From the NCBI RefSeq assembly GCF_009914755.1, contig NC_060926.1: DNA of 64,000 nt, one strand, 5' to 3'. The translations under genes were made by a program, and so were the position numbers. Source of the DNA: the human T2T-CHM13v2.0 reference genome, Homo sapiens. The notes beneath the pieces are model-generated. The model worked only from the letters and a program-made list of their open reading frames with translations. It was not told the origin of the DNA and searched no databases. This document shows, in pieces, positions 50,991 through 64,000 of the stretch. The first letter of the stretch is position 1. Every line of letters begins with the position of its first letter.

Positions 50991-52751
50991 ATTTTACCAT
51001 AAAAATTGAACTAGAAATTGTAATATTCTATTGTGAACTGAAAGACAAATATCAAAAAATAGTTGAGTTAAAAGACAGAGAGAAAGATATAGTAACATCA
51101 TTCTACCTTTAATAATGCACAAGGATTTCCTGCTCTGGTGAGAAAGGAATGGGTCACTTGTGTCCCAGCTGTTCAAATGACAATGTCAATGGGCTTGGAA
51201 GAATCTTTGGCTTCCCTGTTGAAGTACGGTTACCTTATGTCCAGTCTATGGTTTCAGGTAAAAAAATAAAGCAAATCCTAGAGAATTAATGTTGCATCAG
51301 GGTATCTTTCCTTCCATCCACTGGTCCTCAGCCAGATAATTCCAAGGGGGCAGAATTGCAAAGCTTCGGTGACAAGAGTGGTCCCAAAGTAAGACAGTAA
51401 CTGAAGGGTGGACAGGACCTAGGCCAGGACAGTGGGCCTTATGGAGAGAACTGTGTAGAAGGAATGAAATGCTTGAAGAGCAGGGAGGCTCTCTGTTCAG
51501 ATGACTGGAGAAAGCGTATTTTCAGCCAGAAGCCTAGGTTCAGCAAGAGAGGACAGAGTCCCCCACATACCACACCCTATACTTTATCTGATGGCCTAAG
51601 AAAGCCAGTTTAATATGGTAAATATGACATTGGATTGAGTATCTAATTATATAGCAATGATTTGCCCGATTCACTCCACTCGGTCAAGCAGAGAGTTTTT
51701 GAACACTCAGTAGCTGGCCAAGTGTAACTTCTGCTAAACCTCAGGTACAATGAAAGAGTATTTGATTCCAAGGTAGCTCAACCTCAAGAGCAGAAGCACC
51801 ATACTCCTTGTATGGAAGCAGTTAATATTTTATCAGCCTCTCCTGTGGAACACTAGTTCTCAGGAACAATAGATTCTCTTTAAGGAAAAAAATGGTTCTA
51901 TGATCAAATAGATTTGAAAGATAAATTTACTGTTAAGACCTCTGAGAACCTTGAGCACACAGACATCCTTTATGAATCTGCACGTGGGATGTATCATGTC
52001 CCACATTTATTTGGCCACAGAACACTTTTTTCCATGGAGCATCTCCTGGGACCAGTTTTCTGTTAAACGCATTAACAGCACAACCCCTAAATGACTTTAG
52101 GAACTATTCTGTGGTCCTCTGTAGGCTGAAAAACTATCAGGGCTGAATAGAATAGACCACTTGTTTTCAAAAAGCAGTTAGAGTGATGTTTAAACCTACT
52201 TCAGTGAGTCCCACTGCGCCCTGAGATCAGGGTGGGTCTCATGAAAAAATGCCTAAGGGTGAGATTGCTGGTGGGGTATATATGGGTATGGTGGGTGTAG
52301 GGGTAAAGGGATGAGCAGAGGGGGGCTGAGAGGCAAGAGATGGAGGAAAGGCACCTTACTGAGAAGAGCGTGACATGGTATGTTCAGTTATGCAGCAAGC
52401 AGAGGGGCCCAGGACAAGGCTGGAAAGGCTGGATGGGGCCAGACCACTCAGGTCTTAAAGATTATGTTAAGGACTTTGATCTTTTTCCTAAGGACAATAA
52501 AATGCCAATAGGTGTTTTAGGTAAAGAGTGATAAGATTAGATGATCATGCATAAGGTCTCTGCAGTATGAAAAATGGATTAGGAGTCAGGAGGAATAGGT
52601 GTGAGGAGACCAGATAGGAAGGCTTGTAGTGGTGCAGGTAGGTTGGAGGTGAAGGCAGCATGGTGCTGACTCTGCAAAGAAGTGAAAAGATCTAAGAGGT
52701 TTTTAGGAGTCCTTGGTAGTTGGATGGAGGTAAGAGGGAAAAAGAGGAAGG

Positions 52752-53119
52752 TATATTAGTCTGTTCTCACACTGCTATGAAGATACTACCCAAGACTGGG
52801 TAATTTAGAAAGGAAAGAGGTTTAACTGACTCACAGTTCTACATGGCTGGGGAGGCCTCGGAAAACTTACAATCATGGCAGAAGGCACCTCTTCACAGGG
52901 CGGCAGGAGACAGAATGAGAGCCAGCAGGGGAAATGCCAGCTACTTATAAAACCATCAGATCTCATGAGAACACTCACTCACTATCATGAGAACAGCATG
53001 AAGGAAACTGCCCCCACGATCCAATTACCTCCACCTGGCCTCTCCCTTGACATGTGGGGATTATGGGGATTCCAATTCAAGATGAGATTTGGGTGGGAAC
53101 ACAAAGCTTAGCCATATCA
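52752..53119 (-). mobile_element. THE1-family solo LTR inside an L2 remnant
   Basis: Runs tattagtctgttctcacactgct...gccatatca. Its reverse complement closely matches 24373-24754. Confidence 0.9.
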
Positions 53120-53399
53120 GATGATATCAAAATGGTTACCCAGTTTCTGGCCAGAATGACTGGGAGTGATGGTAATGCCATTTGATGAGCTAGCAGATAT
53201 TTAAAGAAGGAAAGGAGAAGAAGATCTGAGTTTGGGGTGTCTCTGAGATTTTCAAGATATATGTGGAGTAGATAGTTGGAGTTTTGCTAAATATTCTGGA
53301 GAAAACATGACATTTTCTCATAAAATACTGAAGTAAATTTTAAATGCATTAGAGACTTAAATGCATAAAATTAATTCATACATGATTAGCATAATAGAG

Positions 53400-54410
53400 G
53401 AGAATATTTCTAAACTCTTGATATATAGAATCTTTCAGCATGAAACACGAAAAGAAATCAAGACCTCAATATGTAATTATGTAAAACTAAAATATAACAT
53501 ATGGAAAACAAAATACTTTTGTCCAGATTTAAAAGGCAAATGACAGTGGAAAAATATGTGTAACCTATGGCAGATAAACTGTTATATACTTAAAATAAAG
53601 GGCTATTTCAAATAAAGAAGAGTAAAGATTAGCATGAATGGTCTCATAAAAAATCAGACAAAGGATATGAATAGAGAGTTCATAAAGGAAGAAACACAAC
53701 CAGAAACATATTTAAGAAGTATTCAACCTTACTATAAGTCTAAGATCTACAAATTTAAACAACACTAAAATGATATTTTTGACCACTAGAATGACAATTC
53801 TCAGTATTTGTGTCAAGACAAGGAAATAAATGCTCCTGTGCACTTTTGGTAGGAGAAAATATCGGTTCAATGTTTGTTTGTTTTTTCTCCTCTTAGAGAG
53901 TAATGTCGAAATATGTATGTATTCTCCTGTACCCTGGGATTCTATTTCTGCAAAATTATACTAAAAATAATAAGATAAGTACACAAAGATGTAAATACAA
54001 GAAGATTCCTTGTAATGTTGTTTATAATGGGGAAAAGTTCTCAACTGCCCAAAAGTTGAATTGTGGATGGAACTTTTAAAAAATCATATTTCATATAATG
54101 GACTATAGGGCAGCCAGTAAAAATAAAACAGAAGCTATTCCTTGATGTAAAAACACATTTATGATATACATATATTTTTAAGTAAAAAGTAAATTATAAA
54201 ATAGTATGAGTGGTATGACTCCTTTTATATTCAAATATGTATGCATATACACTATACACTATATACTACACACACACAGACCTTCAGGAAAATTTCTGGA
54301 TATCAGAATGTATCAAAATCTTAATAACAGTTACCTCCTAGCAGATCAATTTTCAGTGGTGGGATTTTTTTTCCATAGTCCTATATTTTCTAATTTTCCT
54401 TCTATGCTTT
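53400..54410 (+). mobile_element. Ancient L1ME-like fragments
   Basis: Degenerate L1 ORF2-end and 3'UTR motifs. Confidence 0.5.
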
Positions 54411-55023
54411 TTTTACTCATGGGATAAGAATATCTGGGGAAAAAAAACCCGGGATGCTTCCCCTAATATTATTTTTGCCTCCACTGGTGAGTATAAATGT
54501 CTGCGTGTGTTTATAAGCAAAACAAAGCCATCTGCGAATCATTTTTGGAGTGAGCCCACTTCTCAGTCCCAAGAAAAGCCAGAAGGAAAACATAAGCTGT
54601 GACACTGATAAATAGAAGGAAAATCAGAAGTTGCTTTTCCTACACTTCGGCTTTTGTCACCTTCACCAGTAGCACAGATGAGGCTCCCCTGGGATGGCTT
54701 AGGGACCAAGGCTCTGTGAAATTCTCCGGGGCTTGGGAGGTGGCCACAGTGGCTTAGCAGGGGAGAGGTGGACACAGCAAGGTGCTCTCCAGTCAATGAT
54801 AACATATGTTTTTCTTTGGCTTCAGAGCCCACCTTCTTCTGTGGGTACTTGATATGTCATCCTCTTCCAATTTGCAATCCAGAGTGACCCTTAAGCTTTT
54901 GTTGGTTGAGCAAAACTCTAAAAACATAGACTTTGTCTTACTCTCTACATTTCAAGATCCCTGGGTTCTGTTGGAAAAGCAGGGGATGGAACATTTTGTC
55001 TCCGGTGGTTTAGTTTCTTTCAC

Positions 55024-55127
55024 CTGTACTTTATCTGCCTACGTGTCCCAAAGCCTGGGGAACAGAAAGTTAAAAGCCTGAGAGATAAATTAATCAATAA
55101 CAAATGTTTTCTAAGTCTCCAAAAGAA
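55024..55127. repeat. 104-bp direct repeat, copy 1
   Basis: Matches 56132-56235 with 5 substitutions and no gaps. Confidence 0.95.
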
Positions 55128-55783
55128 TCTGATAAACATTTGAGAGGCTACGCTCAGCACATACACGTACAAACCACATTTCACATCTGTTTTTGAGATT
55201 CACAAAGTCCTTGAAGCTCATAAGGGGGTGACTTTGAAGAAGGACCCCAAGTTAGGCTGGAACCCCCAATCTAGGAGTGGCTCCTCCTGTTCGGTGTTCA
55301 GTGGCCACCAAGATTTCTGGAGAAGCCAGTCCTGCCCCGCCAATCTCGCCTCCCATCCCACTCTCCCTTGACACTTTTATATCTTGCAATAAAAATAAAT
55401 ATGGCAGCTGAAAGCAGCATCTACAGAAGACACACCTCTTCCTTCTTTCCATCTTCTGACTTTTATTAACCCATCACCTTTCTCAAGTGTTCATGTAATG
55501 GCTCATTTCTCATGTTTCATAGTCCTAGCCTGGGAAAGGTACAGTAATGATAGTCTTTGTAAGTCTAGACGCCAAACAACCATCTCAGAAAAGCCTCATT
55601 TAATGAGGCTCACACGATGGGTTGTTTTAAAATAGATCTTCATCCAAGCCATGCCTCCTTACATTTTGTAATGGTGTTTATATTTTGCAATATTTTATTC
55701 ATGATGGATTTGGGTTTTTTTAACATCTGCAATCTCGGGCACTTTGTGGTAAATTTGAAAACTCAGTCCCTGGAATCACTTGC

Positions 55784-55897
55784 CTGTAAACCCGGGTGCA
55801 CAGATGCACGTGCCATTCAGGCCGTCGCTGTCACAGGTGGCTCCGTTCAGACAGCTGACGTTAGCGCAGGGATCCTTGTACAATTCACAGTGTGTTC
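55784..55897 (-). CDS. DNER: DNER coding exon (4th from last, probably exon 10): one EGF-like repeat
   Basis: Acceptor is tttctctgcag|GA. The 114-nt, phase 1-1 exon encodes (G)THCELYKDPCANVSCLNGATCDSDGLNGTCICAPGFT(G). Donor is ACAG|gcaagt (GC type). It joins the next exon in frame to give ...PGFTGEEC... Confidence 0.96.
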
Positions 55898-56131
55898 CTG
55901 CAGAGAAACAAGCAAAACAGGATGACTCATCCAGGACTCTCTGGCTCCCATGGCCTCTGAAAGCAAAGTCGGAACTCTCTGGAACAATGCGAGGGAGATT
56001 CCCAGCGTGGGTGTGTGTGGGTGAGTGTATACACACGTGCCCACTCATGATTTTAGATTGTTGTAAAAACTTGCCTTATGAGAAAGTAACACATTCGATC
56101 ACTGTCCATAGGTCCCACCATAGTCTTTTAT

Positions 56132-56235
56132 CTGTACTTTCTCTGCCTACGTGTCCCAAAGCCTGGGGAACAGAAAGTTAAAAGCCTGAAAGATAAATTA
56201 ATCAATAGCAAATGCTTTATAAGTCTCCAAAAGAA
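56132..56235. repeat. 104-bp direct repeat, copy 2
   Basis: Matches 55024-55127 with 5 substitutions and no gaps. Confidence 0.95.
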
Positions 56236-56394
56236 ACAGAAAATATCTAGATGGCCTTGAGAAAATATAATATTAGCAACCTGAAAGTGAAGATTTGGAA
56301 TCAGATATTTAAGTGAGTCCCAGTTCTACTTTGAAGAACTGCAGGGGAGAGGGGAAGCCGTGTGATACTTAGACTTCATTCTCAAAGACATCAC

Positions 56395-56535
56395 TGCATG
56401 CTTTATGTCTAATTTATTCCTCACAACAACACTATGAGACAATTATCCTTATTCCTCCATTTTACAGATGAGGAAACTGAGGAGAGAGTCGAAGATCACA
56501 AGCCTGGTAAGAAAGGAGCTGGGATTTGAAGCTGC
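56395..56535 (-). mobile_element. MIR
   Basis: Reads atttattcctcacaacaac...ccattttacagatgaggaaactgagg. Confidence 0.8.
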
Positions 56536-59500
56536 CCGTAATCCCATCCCAGAGTCTGTGTTTGCTAAGTAGGCTGTTGAGAGTGACCCTGAATTGACTG
56601 TGGAAATATACAAAACTCTATGGAGCTCAGCACTCGTTTAACAAAGAAGAGGCATTTTTTAAAAAATCTGTAAAGTAAAACAGACAGCTTCTCATTTACT
56701 TTTTTTAAAAAAAAAAGACTGTGTGTGCATGTATGTACGCAAATGCCTGAAGTGGGACTGGATTACTTCCAGGAGACTTGATTACTTTGATTTTCACATC
56801 TGTGTATTTCTACATTACTGGCACCTTTTTTACAAGTATCTATTTTTTTATAATTTTATTAAAAACTTTAAAAATCTAATGCTATTTGAAAGGTGGGATA
56901 TCTGCTGACGTTACACTGGATGCCAAGATGGATGAATAGATTAGTGTCTCTCTCTCTCTCCTCCTCCTGCCCCTCCTCCCTCTCTCCCTTCCCCTATCCC
57001 CACCCTTTGGAGAGAAAGATAAATTACATTCTACCTTGCCTAAGAACGTACATAATGATATGCCCACACTTCCCAACAGCCTCAAGAAAAATATGCATAA
57101 AGCAAATAGTAACTGAATGGTATTTACTTAATTTTCTCTGCACTTCATTACTTAGCTCATGTTGTGCAAGGGACTGCCACACCCAATGACTCATCCTTTA
57201 GGCACTGAAATCATCCTTGCTGGGCTTTTCCCTTATTTCTTTCTCAATGCCTTAAGAATAGGGCTCAGGAAGGAGGAAAGGAAGTAAGAGAAAATAGAAA
57301 TGGAACTTCCTATCTATATTCACACTAATGACTTATTTGAGCCAGGTAAAGCTCAAATTTTAGAATAAATGACCTGTAATTCTTTTTCATCCTTTGCCCC
57401 TCCTAGCCAAGCCATCAACAATATTCTGTCAGGTATTTTTCTGAAGTGTCTTTCAGATCTTTGCCTTTCTTTCCTTCCTGAGACCACCCCTGTGATCCCA
57501 CTGCCTCGTGCCTGGTGGGATACAGCCTCCCGCAGCCATGTCTTAGTTTCCTCTGTCTCCAGGGACTTGAACGAGCCTCCTCAACTTCCTTCATCCCTAA
57601 CCCAGGTTGCATGGTAACATAAAAGATCAAAATAATGTTAAGATTAGCATAAATCTGGTCATTCTTCTTCATTTGGGTGTGTACAGCCTCTTCTCCCAGG
57701 AGTCTCTTATTTTTACTTTCCTACTGATACACAAGTAGCCTGGGCTCAATTGAAAGAATAAAAAGCAGAAGAGTCTTTTCTGCTTTAAAATGTTTATTGC
57801 AACACAAAGACTCACATATTTACAAGTTCCCATTGGGCTGATCAATGGGAGCCAAGTGACAAAAAAGACTTTTGGTTGTAGTGGGAAATATGGCCACCAC
57901 CAAAGTTCAGAGGTGCCTGAAGCCTAGAAAACATTTCCATTAGACCTGAAGTCAAAGAAATCAAATGATTGTCACTGAGTTTCTAGTAATACATTAACAT
58001 CACTAACATATTAGCACCCAAACTACCACATTTTAAAAACCAGACTGAAAAGCAAATTCTAGGCCAAATATTTAAGCATCTTACCTTTTATTTAAAGTCT
58101 TCAACAAAATAAGACTTGATGAAAACACCCAAGATAATAAGCAATTTCAATCTTTTGGGTGTTTGGGGTTTTTGTTTGGATAGATGGCTCTTTTTTGGAG
58201 GGCGGGGAGACAATACTTTTTTCCCTTGTTAATTTTCTTTTTCAAATGGTAAGACATTTGGTCCCTTGAGCATCTATTGAGAGTTCTCTGGCAGCAAGAC
58301 TGGACAAAAGCTAATCTTCACAGAAACCTGATTACGGAGAAGCAAGATGGTGTTAAAAGTCCCTGGAGAGCACTTTGGTGACTCACATTTCTATATCGTA
58401 AACCTTGCTAATCCCTATATAAAATATATTTGTCATATTGCTCAGCTTGTCATTAGAACTGAACAACTCTGAGCTAAAAACTTTAAACACGGAGAATAGA
58501 CAATCATGGACACTACTGATGTGCCAAGTTGTATCCACTCAAACCCTCCTCCTCTGGAGGTCCCTAGGCCCCCTCTTCCTGCCCTCCTCACCACTCCCAT
58601 TCCCAGAAAACATCAAGTCTTGGGCATCCTGTTTCCTCTGAGGAGTCACCTTCTTTCACACCCTTCCCCCAACCTGATCTTCGCATATTTAACTAATCTC
58701 TCAATTCCCAATCCAAACACCCTCTCTCTGCAAAGCTGAACCTTGATTTTCTCAACACAGACCACATTCTTCCACCACTGTGCCTTGAGAGCATGCCGGG
58801 ACTGTCATTGTCACGGAGTTCACTGTGCCAAATCATAACTTATCTGCTCTCCTGTCTGATTCTCCCACAAATCTCTGAAGTCCTGTAGAGCAGAGGCCGT
58901 ATCATAATGCGTGGAAGAAATTATGGACCTAACACCGGAATCCTATCCTTTCAAGAGGGGCGACAGCCAGTGTACTTTGGCTGACACACAGGTGAGGCTG
59001 CCAGAGGAGAGATTCCAAATTCCAAATCTGCCTCAAAAACACCCTATTTTGTCAGAGAAAACCAGGTCCACACTTCAAACTAAGTCTGTGGAATGACACA
59101 TGCATCACCCATTGGCAGAAGACACAGCACGTACTATTACAAAGCTGATGTTTAGTCTCAAGCAAAAATAAACTGTAATTCAGTCAAAACTAATAAAAAT
59201 TCATACTTTTCGTATTAAGGGATGGAGAAGAAATGTTTCTAAAAAGACTTTGATTCCAACAGCGTTCTTTACAGAAGTTAATTTTAGAATTGAAATAAGC
59301 TAGAATTCAAAAAGCAGTACACCAATTATAAGTCTTTGTTGTTGTAACAAATTTAGTTACAATTAATATTTGAAAAATGAAAATCAATATTTTATCTCCA
59401 AGAAACGAAGCCAGTAAAGAAGTGTTATTACACTTAATATTTACTTTAAGACATCGTCTCATTTCATCCAAACTTACTTCCTCTATGAAAACTTTTTCCA

Positions 59501-59826
59501 GTATTTCAATCTTTATAGATCTCAAAATTTTCTAAACCATCTCAGAAATTACAATTGACATCTCAGCCTTAGCCTCATTATTCCTGTGTGTGTCACTCAG
59601 TCTGCTCGTCTGGTTAAATAACAGCCTAAAGAAGGAAGAAACTCTGACTTATCCTTTTTGTATTTATCACAGTACTTGAAAGGACTAGGTGCACAAAATA
59701 ACCAGAAATTCTTGTTCCCTGGCTAAGTGGAATCTAGCAAAGGCAATAACTTTATCCAACAAAGAAGGAGTTCTCTTCCTTCCCATTAAAATTTCTGTAG
59801 CCTTTAAAAATAAATAAGTAGGTACA

Positions 59827-60140
<314 letters not shown>

Positions 60141-61720
60141 TTAAATCTATAATCCAGTGATCTCATTTCTGAGACTCTATCCCTAGAAAGAAATCTGGAA
60201 AGTAGGAAAACAATGTAAAGATATTAATTCCAGAAATATTTGTAATAGCCCCACATCACATGTAACAACAAAGCAATGGATAAGTATTCTCTCATGGGAA
60301 CATTACAAAGCCATTTAAAATAAAACTAGTAAGACTTCCTAGCAATACATAAATCAAACATAATATCCTATTATGAGTGAGCAGAACAATATAAAATTGT
60401 AGGTATACTCAATTATTGAACAGTAAAAACATGGATACTAAAATCAGAATGGAAGCAACACAGATTATTATGGCTCATGTTATGTTGTAAAAACATGAGT
60501 AATTATGAATTTTCTCTTTTCTTCTAAATATTTATTATTGTTATATTATTTTCAAAATTAAAAATCGAATTTTTTTTCTAAATTTTATCACCAAAAATTT
60601 CAAATATATATATTGTTGATCATTTCATTGGATCTTCTAGAAATAAAAATCAATCACTATGGGGCTGTTCCTTAACCTTTTGACAATATGAGGTATGAAC
60701 ACTTAACAAAGTCTTAGACGTTCCGTCACAAACCAGGCTTGAACTAGTTTTGAAGGACACAGCAGTATTTTGGTTTGTCTGAAGACGGGTTACACAGAGG
60801 TCCTCCATGAATTTTGCTTTCTAACAATTCCATGATCTACAGTGAAGACTTACATTCCATGAAAATGTTTAAGTTGGTTTCCTTTACTTAATTCATGTGT
60901 TAAACAGTAGTTCTAACTCAAGTAAAGGTAGCCATTGAGCATTTGTTCTGTGCGAGCCACCATAGTAAGAGCTGTAGAGAATTTAAAAAGAAAAAGAGCC
61001 TATGTAGTCACTGTCTTTCCAGAGCTTATGATTTAGTATAGGGAAGAAGAAAGTCTGAAACCAAAAAGAATTTAATACAAGGCTAAACATAATTGTCATG
61101 GCAAATAGAAAGAAAATAGAGAGTTAAAGGAGGAAGAAGCCACATCTCTTTGGGGGTCAACATTTCAGACAGTGGATACAGCCATAGGAGTGGATGAAAG
61201 CAAAGAGGAGGGAGAGAGAAAGGGGCCTGGAGACCCACGTCATTCATGGCATCTGGGAGACCAAGACTTAGTGAGGGCAGAGAGGAGAACCCCGTCAGGA
61301 ATGAAGTTGCAGAAGACACAGCAAGGCGACGTGCAAGAGGGACCCCAGGGCTCAGTGGGGCAAAGGGACAGGAACGCTGGCTGAGTCAGAAGTGGAAGGG
61401 GAGGCTTCATAGATTTCACCAAATGACTTCAATTACTTCACCATGAATTTTCCTGAAACCTCTTTTAGTGGAATGATGTGGACAAGGGCCAAGAGCCATG
61501 GTTGAAAAAGCAAAAGGGAAGAAAGGGACTTTAAGCACAGCAGGGACACAAAAAGTCAAAGAAGAGGTTTTTAAAATTATTATTTATATGGAATTTACTT
61601 AGAAGTCTAAGAACTTTTTTTTTCTTTAGCAGCCCAGTTTTTCTAGAAGGGCTTATTTGAAAAGAATTCCCTTCTCATTCCTAGCAATTCCTCTCTAAGA
61701 GTCGTACATTATTATTATAG

Positions 61721-62168
<448 letters not shown>

Positions 62169-62848
62169 CTTTTTTCCTTTTTCAAAATGTTCTTAGCTAT
62201 ATATTTGGCTGACTCCCTATTGCACTCATTCTTTTTAGGAGGATAAATATATATACATAGAGAGGGTGTTATATATATAGTGTTATATATAGTTATATTA
62301 TATATATCCTCCTAAAAATATAAAAACTATATATATAGTTTAAAAAATATCAATATTAAGCAGTAAAAATTACCACTTAAAAAGTATATATATAAAGTAA
62401 AAAGTTAAAGCTTAACTTTATCCCTAAAATACTACCTATCCAAGTTCTAACTCCAGGTAAGTACTAGTTAGGAATTTAAACCCATCCATCTGACAGTTTC
62501 CTGAATGTATACAGACATACGATATGTAAATATATATTGGCAAAAATATTTCCAAAAGGGGGAGAATGTCCATCCCCCCACGGAGAGAAAAGCACAGGAT
62601 CATGTGGCCTCTCACTTCCCCTCACTCTTCCTCTGGGTGGAAGAGCATGATTAGATCCTCCTGTCTCTCCTTTAATTCCTTCTACCTACCCTCCCCATGT
62701 CCCCACCACTCTTAGTTTAGAAGTTCTACCATTTACTGCTACATTACTAGGGTTTACCTCCCTGTTTTCAGCAGCCTTATTTAAACCTAAACCTAAATGT
62801 CTTTATAAATATACTAAAATTAAATAAACACTTTATCTGCCCATTGGA

Positions 62849-63105
62849 TTTGTCACCCAGGCTGGAGTGCAGTGGTGTGATCTCAGCTCACTGCAACGTC
62901 TACCTCCCAGGTTCAAGCAGTTCCCATGCCTCAGCCTCCTGAGTAGCTGAGATTACAGGCACCCGCCACCACACCTGGCTAATTTTCGTATTTTTAGTAG
63001 AGACGGGATTTCACTGTCTGGTCTTGAACTCCTGACTTCAGGTGATCTGCCCACTGCAGCTTCCCAAAGTGTTGGGATTACAGGTGCGAGCCACCACACC
63101 AAGCC
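62849..63105 (-). mobile_element. Alu lacking its 3' end and poly(A)
   Basis: Begins abruptly at tgtcacccaggctggagtgcagtgg and has a small internal deletion. Confidence 0.9.
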
Positions 63106-63233
63106 AGGAGTGAAATGTTTAACACACTTGTATGCCTTTCAGTCTTTCCTATCCTCACCCCCTTCAACACATGGCTTTGTTTTAAATAATATGAAACCAC
63201 TTTACTTGTTGAAATTTTTCCTTAAGAGCAAGA

Positions 63234-64000
<767 letters not shown>

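Noticed and set aside
55780-56181. 133-aa plus-strand ORF
   Set aside because: It is an antisense shadow of the EGF exon plus intron, with no recognisable domain.

Overview
This is primate (very likely human) genomic DNA covering the 3' end of DNER (Delta/Notch-like EGF repeat-containing receptor) on the minus strand. Four coding exons splice in frame: 55784-55897 (EGF repeat), 36822-36953 (calcium-binding EGF), 15436-15682 (juxtamembrane, transmembrane and proximal tail) and 7101-7212 (C-terminus ...LIKTKDL*). A ~0.9 kb 3'UTR follows, with AATAAA at 6207-6212. The rest is intron or downstream sequence dominated by Alu, L1, L2, MIR, MaLR/ERV1 LTR and hAT remnants, with several nested insertions that retain target-site duplications (TSDs). 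Subfamily names come from recognition by eye, not from RepeatMasker. I see no prokaryotic features, no CRISPR array and no convincing novel protein-coding gene, and I cannot claim a new biological system. Best leads: (i) a full-length antisense L1PA lying between the last ectodomain exon and the transmembrane exon, with an open ORF0-like frame, an antisense splice donor and an antisense AATAAA (gene-breaking geometry); (ii) a 104-bp ~95% direct repeat bracketing a symmetric EGF exon that uses a GC donor; (iii) a 29-bp minisatellite in which each unit is a hairpin.
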